DNA of 44,758 bases from a virus: positions 1 through 44,758 of IMG/VR virus record IMGVR_UViG_3300031507_000013, one strand, 5' to 3'. Below, in pieces: positions 1 to 7,398 of this stretch. The notes beneath the pieces were generated by a model. That model ran no database searches. It saw only the letters and a list, made by a program, of their open reading frames with translations, and was not told where the DNA came from. The position numbers and the translations under genes were made by a program. How positions within the stretch are numbered: the first letter of the stretch is position 1; the number at the start of each line of letters is the position of its first letter.

Positions 1-117
1 CGTTCTATGGCCTCCTGGCAAACCTGAGCACCTATACGCCGGCAAGCGCGGAAGTCTTCACGGTGATTCTCGAATTGCTGGACTCCTATTGATGGACGGC
101 GTTCTCGTCCGTCCTCA
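1..117. repeat. terminal direct repeat, left copy (identical to 44642..44758)
   Basis: nt 1-117 equal the last 117 nt of the window. The repeat runs through the 3' end of one CDS and the 5' end of the next, so the unique unit is 44641 nt and closes into a circle. Confidence 0.9.
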
Positions 118-415
118 TTTTGACGATAAAACCGTCAAGATCGAGCATGTGCAGGATGTAGAGCCAATCCTTGACTGGAATCGCGAAGCCCGCCGCGAGG
201 ACCAGAACGGAGATTGGGGGCGGCATGTCGCGCGCATCCCGAACGTGATCTATGTGCGGTGGTTCGACGAGGAGCATGCGCGGGGCAACACGAACTTGCG
301 CATGTTCACGCCTGAGTTCGATGCCATCGTTCAGAAGAAGCTTGAGGATCCGGAGTGGGCCTATTTGAGGGTCGATAGGCCGGCTCTGCAAGCTGGCTGG
401 AGCGCGAACCTGTGA
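89..415 (+). CDS. hypothetical virion-module protein (108 aa)
   Basis: TTG start overlaps the stop of the preceding gene, and its stop overlaps the GTG of the next gene (GTGA). No recognisable motif. Confidence 0.55.
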   Translation: MMDGVLVRPHFDDKTVKIEHVQDVEPILDWNREARREDQNGDWGRHVARIPNVIYVRWFDEEHARGNTNLRMFTPEFDAIVQKKLEDPEWAYLRVDRPALQAGWSANL

Positions 416-1065
416 CGCTGATCACGAGCTACACGACGCTGCAAACGGCGATCGGCGATTACCTCAAGCGCGATCAGGACACACAATTGACCGCGGCCTT
501 TCCCGGCTTCATCCAGCTTTTCGAAGCCAAGATGAACCGGGAATTGTTCGTGCGGCAGATGGAGCAACGCTCTAGTGCCAGTGTCGTTGCAGGCGTGACT
601 GATAGTGAATTCGTGCTTCTCCCCAGCGATTTCCAGTCAATGCGCAGGGTGCGGCTGTCGAGCGTGACCGGCAAACCAGCCCTTGAGTTTCGATCCGGCA
701 CGCAGATGGACGAATTTCGATTCACGAACAGCGACACGACAGGGCGTCCGCGCTATTTCACGATCTTCGGTTCAGAGATGGAGTTGGGGCCGACACCGGA
801 CGCAAACTATACGGTTGAGATGGTCTATCGGCAGAACATCCCTGCGCTGTCGAGCAATTCGAGCAATTGGCTTCTGACCATGGCGCCGGATCTCTATCTC
901 TACGGCGCGCTGCTTGAATCAGCCCCCTACCTCAAGGAGGACGATCGCATTCAGGTATGGGGCCTTGGTTTTAAGACCGCACTGGATGAACTCAATCTCC
1001 TGAACACGACAGCGGCATTCAATGCCGGACCATCCGTAGTCCGTGTTTCAGGCCAAACCCCATGA
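412..1065 (+). CDS. putative head-tail adaptor protein (217 aa)
   Basis: GTG start in a GTGA overlap. The N-terminus (TLQTAIGDYLKRDQD...FIQLFEAKMNREL) resembles proteins I recall as annotated 'phage adaptor' (unverified). It lies between head genes and the tail fibre. Confidence 0.5.
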   Translation: MTLITSYTTLQTAIGDYLKRDQDTQLTAAFPGFIQLFEAKMNRELFVRQMEQRSSASVVAGVTDSEFVLLPSDFQSMRRVRLSSVTGKPALEFRSGTQMDEFRFTNSDTTGRPRYFTIFGSEMELGPTPDANYTVEMVYRQNIPALSSNSSNWLLTMAPDLYLYGALLESAPYLKEDDRIQVWGLGFKTALDELNLLNTTAAFNAGPSVVRVSGQTP

Positions 1066-1628
1066 AATTGACGCAAGATCGACTGAAAGAACTGCTCTCC
1101 TATAACCCCCTCACGGGGGTTTTTCTTTGGCTTGAGCGCGTAGTCAGGCTGGGGTTCGAACGTACAGATAGGTCGTGGAATTCTCGCTTCGCTGGCACAG
1201 TGGCGGGATGTGTCAATAAGAGCGACGGCTATCTCCAAATCTATGTCGATAATACGCGGCATGCGGCGCACCGGCTGGCGTTCCTGTTCGAAGTAGGCTC
1301 CTTCCCGAAAGAGACCGTAGACCACATCAACAACGCTCGCGCCGATAATCGGTGGGAGAATTTGCGTGAGTGCTCGGTAGCAGAGAACAACAGAAACGCC
1401 GGGCCTCTCAATACGAACACGTCTGGGTTTAAGGGCGTGTTCACGGCCACAAACGGTAAAACGTGGTTTGCGCAAATCGGTGTGGAAGGCGCGCAGCGCT
1501 ACCTCGGCAGCTTTCCGACCAAGGAAGAAGCTGCAGAGGCATATGACGCCGCAGCAGTTTGTTTGCATGGGGAATTTGCCAAACTCAATTTGCCCATGGT
1601 CGTTCGCACTTCCGGTCAGACGCCCTGA
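1062..1628 (+). CDS. HNH homing endonuclease with AP2-type DNA-binding domain (188 aa)
   Basis: His-Me finger motif VDHINNARADNRWENLRECSVAENNRN, followed by an AP2-like segment GFKGVF...GKTWFAQIGVEGAQRYLGSFPTKEEAAEAYD. ATGA overlap with the upstream gene. Confidence 0.8.
   Translation: MKLTQDRLKELLSYNPLTGVFLWLERVVRLGFERTDRSWNSRFAGTVAGCVNKSDGYLQIYVDNTRHAAHRLAFLFEVGSFPKETVDHINNARADNRWENLRECSVAENNRNAGPLNTNTSGFKGVFTATNGKTWFAQIGVEGAQRYLGSFPTKEEAAEAYDAAAVCLHGEFAKLNLPMVVRTSGQTP
1068..1132 (+). repeat. 65-nt segment identical to 11889..11953 (5' ends of two HNH-AP2 genes), contains a terminator-like hairpin
   Basis: ttgacgcaagatcgactgaaagaactgctctcctataaccccctcacgggggtttttctttggct occurs identically at both loci. 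AACCCCC-tcac-GGGGGTT followed by TTTCTTT lies at 1104..1128. Confidence 0.9.
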
Positions 1629-1629
1629 C

Positions 1630-3234
1630 ATGACCCTGAAAACAAATCACTCTTTCGTCTCGACCAAGCCCGTCGGGGATAATGCCACGCGCATCTATAG
1701 TGATAGTTGGAATGCAGATCATGTGCTAACGGGAGCGGCCGACGCAACGCAGCTCAATGCGAATGTTGTTCAGTCCGTTGTCAACGACACCAATATTCAA
1801 GGTGCGATTTCCGCGCAAACCTTGACGTTTTCGTGGGGCGGCACGCTTGCTGCTGGTAGGGGCGGATTTGGTGCCGATATCAGCGCATCAAATGGCGTGC
1901 CACTATTCGCAACCGGCGTTGCGACCTTTACCGGGACCACCGGCAGCGGCAACTTTGCGCGAGCAACATCACCGACCTTCGTCACGCCGACGCTTGGTGC
2001 GGCGCTTGCTACCTCGATCAACGGCAATAGCTTTACGACCGGAACCTATACGCTCACCGGGACGGCCGGGAAGACATTTACGTTCAGCAACTCGCTGACG
2101 CTGGCGGGAACCGATGGCACCACGCAGACGTTTCAGGCCTCTGATACGATCGTCGGGCGCGCTACCACCGACACGCTGACTAACAAGACCTTCGACACGG
2201 CCGGCACGGGCAACTCGCTCAAGATCAACGGCACTGCATTGACCGCAGTCACTGGCACCGGGAGTGCTGTTCTTGCGACCTCACCGACGCTGGTAACGCC
2301 GCTTCTCGGTACTCCGACCTCGGGCAATCTGGCCAACTGCACGGGCCTGCCTTTGACCGGCCTCGCCGCTCAGGCGGCTTGGACATTCCTCGTCAACAAC
2401 ACCAGCGGCTCGGCATCGCCGACCGCGCAGGACATTCACAGTCTCACGGTTAAGGCGACCCCCGCATCGACAGATGAAGTCATCATCTGGGATATCGCAG
2501 GCGCGGCTCTCAAGAAGGCAACCGTTTCTGGCATCGGTACCAGTTCTGGCGTCACCTCTCTAAACACCAGTACCGGCGCGATCTCCCTCTCTGTCGTCAA
2601 GCAGGTGTTCGTTGCAAACGGCACCTATACGCCAACCTCGGGAATGGTCTATTGCGTCGTTGAATGTGTTGGAGGAGGCGGCGGAGGTGGTGGCTCTGCT
2701 GGCGCTACAAGTGCAACTATCACGGGAGCAGGTGGCGGAGGTGGCAACTATTCGCGAAGTGTCATATCCGCGGCAACCATAGGCGCATCGAAAGCTGTCG
2801 CCATCGGCGCTGCAGGATCTGCCGGCGCAACGGGCAACAATGCCGGTGGCAATGGTGGCGATACAACGCTGAATACCACGACGGTCGTAGCAAAGGGTGG
2901 AACCGGCGGATCAGGAAGTTTAGGCGTTCCCACCGTAGGCGGCGCTGGAGGAGTCGCCGGTACGGGAGATATCACGATCCCTGGCGAGCGGGGAGGGGCA
3001 TCGCAGGTTACGACTGTCAATGCAATCTATGTCTCCTCAGGCAGAGGCGGTAACAGCCTTCTCGGTTGCGGCGCCGGCAATGTTGTTACGGTCAACGGCG
3101 TCTTGAGTGGAAACGCTGGCGGCAACTATGGCGCCGGTGGTTCAGGTGGCGTTGCTCAAAATACTGCATCGACGACGACGGGCGGCGCCGGATCGGCGGG
3201 AGTGATGTACATTACAGAATATTGCATCGCCTAA
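1630..3234 (+). CDS. tail fibre protein with glycine-rich C-terminal domain (534 aa)
   Basis: ATG lies 1 nt after the HNH stop. The protein is Thr/Gly/Ala-rich and beta-rich. The C-terminus reads VVECVGGGGGGGGSAGATSATITGAGGGGGNYS...GGAGSAGVMYITEY, like glycine-rich domains seen at phage fibre C-termini. The part of the track ORF upstream of 1630 overlaps the HNH gene and is rejected. Confidence 0.7.
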   Translation: MTLKTNHSFVSTKPVGDNATRIYSDSWNADHVLTGAADATQLNANVVQSVVNDTNIQGAISAQTLTFSWGGTLAAGRGGFGADISASNGVPLFATGVATFTGTTGSGNFARATSPTFVTPTLGAALATSINGNSFTTGTYTLTGTAGKTFTFSNSLTLAGTDGTTQTFQASDTIVGRATTDTLTNKTFDTAGTGNSLKINGTALTAVTGTGSAVLATSPTLVTPLLGTPTSGNLANCTGLPLTGLAAQAAWTFLVNNTSGSASPTAQDIHSLTVKATPASTDEVIIWDIAGAALKKATVSGIGTSSGVTSLNTSTGAISLSVVKQVFVANGTYTPTSGMVYCVVECVGGGGGGGGSAGATSATITGAGGGGGNYSRSVISAATIGASKAVAIGAAGSAGATGNNAGGNGGDTTLNTTTVVAKGGTGGSGSLGVPTVGGAGGVAGTGDITIPGERGGASQVTTVNAIYVSSGRGGNSLLGCGAGNVVTVNGVLSGNAGGNYGAGGSGGVAQNTASTTTGGAGSAGVMYITEYCIA

Positions 3235-3258
3235 TCGACAGAAAAGGGATCAGACAAA

Positions 3259-3909
3259 GTGCTTTCATTCATCCGTGCGGCTTTCATCCTGCTTAGCTTG
3301 ACCGGCATCGCCAATGCGGCTCCGCGAAGCCTCGTCGAAATGACAGGTTTTTCGTACTATCTGGGATGTAATCCGTCGATACCCTCGTGCTGGGCTACGA
3401 TGCCAAGCCCGGCATTCTACAACATCCTCAACATCGGCACGAACACCAAGCCCGTGGTCATCCGCGATGATCTTGCCGAGATGAACATCGTTACGGGCGG
3501 GTTTACACCGCAGGCGAGCGGCATTTATGAAGCGCGGCTTTTGATGGAGGGCGCTGCCGGCACCGTGGGTGGGCCAGCCCCTGGCTATGCGTTCGACCCT
3601 AGACCGCAAACCCTTCTGGTCTGCGGGTGGCACACCTATGCCGATCCTGCCACGGGCACTCCTATCACCCAGCAGTCTATGACGTATGCAATGCCGCCCA
3701 ACTCGATCGTCATGATCGAGCAGCAGCATTCTGGATTCTGGAGCAATAGCCACATGACGCCTCTGATAATGCCGCTGACCGGAGGCGTGACCTACTACAT
3801 GACGTGCTGGGCCAGTGCTCCGTGGTTATTCAACAACCTGACCACTCAGAGCGGCGGGGTGTGGACGCCGATTCCGGTCGTCGATTTCATCATCAACCGG
3901 ATCGACTGA
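3259..3909 (+). CDS. secreted hypothetical protein (216 aa)
   Basis: GTG start. The N-terminal signal-peptide-like segment is MLSFIRAAFILLSLTGIANA/AP. It sits within the tail module. Confidence 0.6.
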   Translation: MLSFIRAAFILLSLTGIANAAPRSLVEMTGFSYYLGCNPSIPSCWATMPSPAFYNILNIGTNTKPVVIRDDLAEMNIVTGGFTPQASGIYEARLLMEGAAGTVGGPAPGYAFDPRPQTLLVCGWHTYADPATGTPITQQSMTYAMPPNSIVMIEQQHSGFWSNSHMTPLIMPLTGGVTYYMTCWASAPWLFNNLTTQSGGVWTPIPVVDFIINRID

Positions 3910-4151
3910 TGCATAAGCTATTTGCGGACTTCCTCCAAGACCAGAGGGTAAATGTCTGGCTTACCGTCGATTCCGTGATGAGGAAGGAACGGCTGCGCCA
4001 GGAGCAAGTAACCAATCCCGAGTTGGAGGGTTATCGCCACTGTGAAGAGGATAACGCCCTTTCGCGAAATAGTGGGTTTATTGATCATTGTGGTCTCCTC
4101 AAGAAGGACGAGCCTATTTGGCTCCTCCTGATCGAGCAAGCAAAAAACTAA
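3909..4151 (+). CDS. small hypothetical protein (80 aa), uncertain
   Basis: Coupled at both ends (TGATG with the upstream stop, TAATG with the downstream start). It competes with an antisense 56-aa TM ORF at 3918..4088. Confidence 0.35.
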   Translation: MHKLFADFLQDQRVNVWLTVDSVMRKERLRQEQVTNPELEGYRHCEEDNALSRNSGFIDHCGLLKKDEPIWLLLIEQAKN

Positions 4152-4333
4152 TGCCGGGCTTCGGTACATTCGACGGCAATACCTTCGACGATGACGCGTT
4201 CGACACCGACATTTTCGAGGCCATCACGCCTCCAACTTCAACATGGACAGGAACAGCCGCGCCCGTGAGCACATGGACACCGACAACGCCACCGTCCACG
4301 CCGTGGACGCCAGCAGATGATGACGGGTTCTGA
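4151..4333 (+). CDS. small acidic Thr/Pro-rich protein (60 aa)
   Basis: ATG at 4151 in a TAATG overlap, and its stop overlaps the next ATG (TGATG). Sequence MPGFGTFDGNTFDDDAFDTD...TPPTSTWTGTAAPVSTWTPTTPPSTPWTP. Confidence 0.45.
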   Translation: MPGFGTFDGNTFDDDAFDTDIFEAITPPTSTWTGTAAPVSTWTPTTPPSTPWTPADDDGF

Positions 4334-5805
4334 TGCCTCTACTTCAATTTTCTGATTTCCGGCCGGACACGAGCGACTACGAAGGGACTAGCGTTCACAC
4401 CATCCTCAACGTCGTCCCACGCGGAGATGGCTACGGCCCGTTCCCGAGCTTCTCTGCCTATACCAGCGCGTTGCCTGCGGCCTGTCGTGGTGCCTTCTAT
4501 GCTTTGAAAGCAGATGGAACGGTCATCACGTTCGCAGGAACATCTACAAAGCTCTATCAGCTCAATAACACGACATTCGGTTGGACGGACGTTTCGTTAG
4601 GGGCCGGATCATATAGCGCGCTCACTTCTTCGGCTAATTGGCAGTTTGCGCAGACCGGAAATCTGGTCTTTGCCACTCATGCGAATGTCGTCCTGCAGGT
4701 CTTTGATCTGTCGTCTTCCAGCGCTTTTGCAGCCGCAGCCGGTTCGCCTCCGCAGGCGGCCTATATCAGCGTCGTCGGCCGCTTCCTCGTGCTGTCTGGT
4801 CTTCTCTCGCTTGCATTCCGCATTCAGTGGTCCGGCCTGAACAATTTCAATGCCTCGGATAGCTGGACAAGCGGTGTCAAGTCGTCCGATTTTCAGGACT
4901 TCCCGGATGGCGGCATTGTTCGCGGCGTGGCTGGTGGAGAAGCTGGGATCATCTTTCAGGATCAGGCCATCAGGCGCATGTCCTATGTTCCTGGCTCTCC
5001 GATCATATTCCAGATCGACCGCATTACGCAGGATAAGGGCTTGCTTGCGCCATACTCGATCATTCGCGCCGGCGAAATCATCTTTTTCTATGCGGGACAG
5101 GGCTTTCACAAGATCGCCCCAGGTGGAATCCCCGAGCAGATCGGCCGTGAAAAGGTCGATCGCACGTTCCTTGCAGACCTCGACAAAGGAGATTTGCAGC
5201 TATTCATAGGTGCTGCCGACCCGCGCTCAACGCGAGTGTATTGGGCCTACAATTCCGTGTCTGGCGCCTCCGGCGTTTATGACAAGATCCTTGGGTATGA
5301 CTATCTGATCGATCGTTGGTTCTCGATCGCGGCTACTGGAGAATACTTGCTCGGCATCTCGCAGACTGGACTAACGCTGGAAAATCTCGACACGATCTCA
5401 TCATCCATCGATGCCCTGACGCTATCGCTCGACAGCTATGCGACCGCCGTTCAGCCGCAAATCGCGCAATTCAATTCCTCGCATGTGCTAGGGTTTTTCT
5501 CTGGGCCAAATCTTGAAGGAACCATTGAGAGCGCGGAGCAGGGCGACGATGAGATCAGGGTGACGGTGAAGGGTTTCCGCCCGATCACGGATTCGGCGAC
5601 GGTTTACGGTTCGATCACTTATCGGGATACGCAGGGGGTGTCTCCCGTCATTGGATCGGAAATCCTGATGAGTTCGCGCACCGGCCGCGTCGATATGACC
5701 AGAGACACCAGATATGTCAGGTTTAAGGCGCGATTCCCGGCCGGTACAATCTGGAGCTATATCGTCGGTGTGGTGCCTGACATCAAGGGCGGTGGAAAAC
5801 TGTGA
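4333..5805 (+). CDS. virion structural protein, tail-associated (490 aa)
   Basis: Large ORF in the tail module, coupled to both neighbours. No enzymatic motif recognised. Confidence 0.7.
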   Translation: MPLLQFSDFRPDTSDYEGTSVHTILNVVPRGDGYGPFPSFSAYTSALPAACRGAFYALKADGTVITFAGTSTKLYQLNNTTFGWTDVSLGAGSYSALTSSANWQFAQTGNLVFATHANVVLQVFDLSSSSAFAAAAGSPPQAAYISVVGRFLVLSGLLSLAFRIQWSGLNNFNASDSWTSGVKSSDFQDFPDGGIVRGVAGGEAGIIFQDQAIRRMSYVPGSPIIFQIDRITQDKGLLAPYSIIRAGEIIFFYAGQGFHKIAPGGIPEQIGREKVDRTFLADLDKGDLQLFIGAADPRSTRVYWAYNSVSGASGVYDKILGYDYLIDRWFSIAATGEYLLGISQTGLTLENLDTISSSIDALTLSLDSYATAVQPQIAQFNSSHVLGFFSGPNLEGTIESAEQGDDEIRVTVKGFRPITDSATVYGSITYRDTQGVSPVIGSEILMSSRTGRVDMTRDTRYVRFKARFPAGTIWSYIVGVVPDIKGGGKL

Positions 5806-6125
5806 CAGCCTACGTTCCTGCAATTACCGAAACCGATCTGAAAAAGGTCATTCTATCGCTGCAGCAAGTAGCAGCCGGCCGCTCGAACGCAACCGGCACC
5901 GTGACGCTGACAATCAACGTTGCCACCACGACGGTTACGCCAACACAAACCGGATCAATCGCAGCTGGTTCAACACCTATTCTGACGCCAACAACGGCCA
6001 ATGCCGCGACAGAAGTCGGTAACGGAACGATGTATGTGAGTGCGGTTGCAAACGGTTCATTCACAATCACGCATGCCAACGCCGCCACGACAGGGAGAAC
6101 GTTTTTATATGCCATCCTTGGTTGA
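5802..6125 (+). CDS. hypothetical virion protein (107 aa)
   Basis: GTG start in a GTGA overlap. Thr/Ala-rich. Confidence 0.55.
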   Translation: MTAYVPAITETDLKKVILSLQQVAAGRSNATGTVTLTINVATTTVTPTQTGSIAAGSTPILTPTTANAATEVGNGTMYVSAVANGSFTITHANAATTGRTFLYAILG

Positions 6126-6522
6126 GCTTGATTGCGTCGATCCGGCGCGCATCGCTGAAGTCTGGCCTCTTGCGCGAGGTCTGATCAAATCGGCGATCGA
6201 TGCGACGGAATTGAGCGACTTTGGCGAGTTCGAGGGCGATATTCTGGCCGGACGGCAACTGCTGTGGCTGGCCCTCACCAACACCTCGATCGAGGCCGCC
6301 GCAACCACGCATCTGTCCAAGGTCAATGGCCGTCTGGTCTGCACGCTGACGGCATGCGCCGGTTATTGCCGTGAGCGCTGGTTGCCGCTGTTTTTGAAGA
6401 TCGAGCAATACGCAAAAGACGAGGGAGCGGTTCGTATGCGCCTGTTCGGCCGCAAAGGCTGGTCGCGCATTCTGGACGGCTATCACGTCGAATATCTCGT
6501 TTTGGAGAAAGGACTTACCTGA
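6109..6522 (+). CDS. hypothetical protein, possible GNAT-like fold (137 aa)
   Basis: ATG at 6109 inside track ORF 6040..6522. The C-terminal segment IEQYAKDEGAVRMRLFGRKGWSRILDGY is loosely acetyltransferase-like. The fold call is weak. Confidence 0.55.
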   Translation: MPSLVELDCVDPARIAEVWPLARGLIKSAIDATELSDFGEFEGDILAGRQLLWLALTNTSIEAAATTHLSKVNGRLVCTLTACAGYCRERWLPLFLKIEQYAKDEGAVRMRLFGRKGWSRILDGYHVEYLVLEKGLT

Positions 6523-7391
6523 TGGGTGGCGAGACCAAGACCAGTCAGACGCAGAACAGCGTCACGCAGCCATGGTTAGCTGCCCAGCCGGCGCTACAGG
6601 GTATCCTTGGCCAGATCAGCACCGGCTTGAACAACACCGGGCTCACCGGTGCGGAAAGCGGTGCTATCGGTCAGCTCGAGCAGAACGCGGGGCAGGCCGG
6701 GCAATATGCGCCGGCGATCCAGAAATATGCCACAGATCTGCTCGGAGGAGGGGGTGCCACAGATCAATCCGGCAATGTCAACGCCAACTATCAGCGCTAT
6801 GTCGACCAGACCAATCCGCTCGCCTCAAACATGAACTATGATCCGTCTCAAAATCCGGGGACAGCCGGGCTTTTGTCGCGGATTCAGTCCGATGTTGGAA
6901 GCTCGGTGAATGGCCAATTCGCTGCGGCTGGCCGGGATTTTTCAGGTGCCAACCAGCAGGCATATGGCCGCGGCATCGCACAAGGTGAAGCTCCGGTTCT
7001 GTTCGACCAGTACAACGCCAACCGGGCAGCTCAGCAGGGAGCGGCAGGCAATCTCTACCAGGCCGGCAATACGACCGCAGGTCTCCAAACCGGAATGACG
7101 CAGCAGGGCTTGATTAACAAGGGACAGGGCGTCACTGCAGCTGGCGCGGCCAATGAGGCGCAGAATGCTCCAGCGAACGCCGTCCTGCAGGCCGAGGCAG
7201 CGCGGCGTGGCATTCCGGTGCAGGCGCTCGGGCTTCTGGCACAAATCGGGATTCCCATCGCCGGACTCGGCTCGGAAAGCAGCGGCAGCGCGCAGGGCAC
7301 GCAGAACATGAGCGGCGCGCAGCAGTTCGCGACGATCGCGGGCGGTATCGGATCACTATGGCCAAAAGCTCCAACGACGTTCAAATTCTGA
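6522..7391 (+). CDS. putative internal virion / ejection protein (289 aa)
   Basis: Gln/Gly/Ala/Asn-rich. It is the first of three consecutive large low-complexity proteins upstream of the lytic transglycosylase, as in podovirus ejection modules. Confidence 0.5.
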   Translation: MGGETKTSQTQNSVTQPWLAAQPALQGILGQISTGLNNTGLTGAESGAIGQLEQNAGQAGQYAPAIQKYATDLLGGGGATDQSGNVNANYQRYVDQTNPLASNMNYDPSQNPGTAGLLSRIQSDVGSSVNGQFAAAGRDFSGANQQAYGRGIAQGEAPVLFDQYNANRAAQQGAAGNLYQAGNTTAGLQTGMTQQGLINKGQGVTAAGAANEAQNAPANAVLQAEAARRGIPVQALGLLAQIGIPIAGLGSESSGSAQGTQNMSGAQQFATIAGGIGSLWPKAPTTFKF

Positions 7392-7398
7392 GGGGAAA

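Noticed and set aside
951-1631. 226-aa minus-strand ORF
   Set aside because: It is antisense to the well-supported HNH-AP2 gene and looks like junk. The repeated peptide KKNPREGVIGEQFF merely mirrors the 65-nt repeat.
2664-3053. 129-aa Arg/Trp/Cys-rich plus-strand ORF
   Set aside because: It is an alternative frame of the GGN-rich glycine domain of the tail fibre, so it is a compositional artefact.
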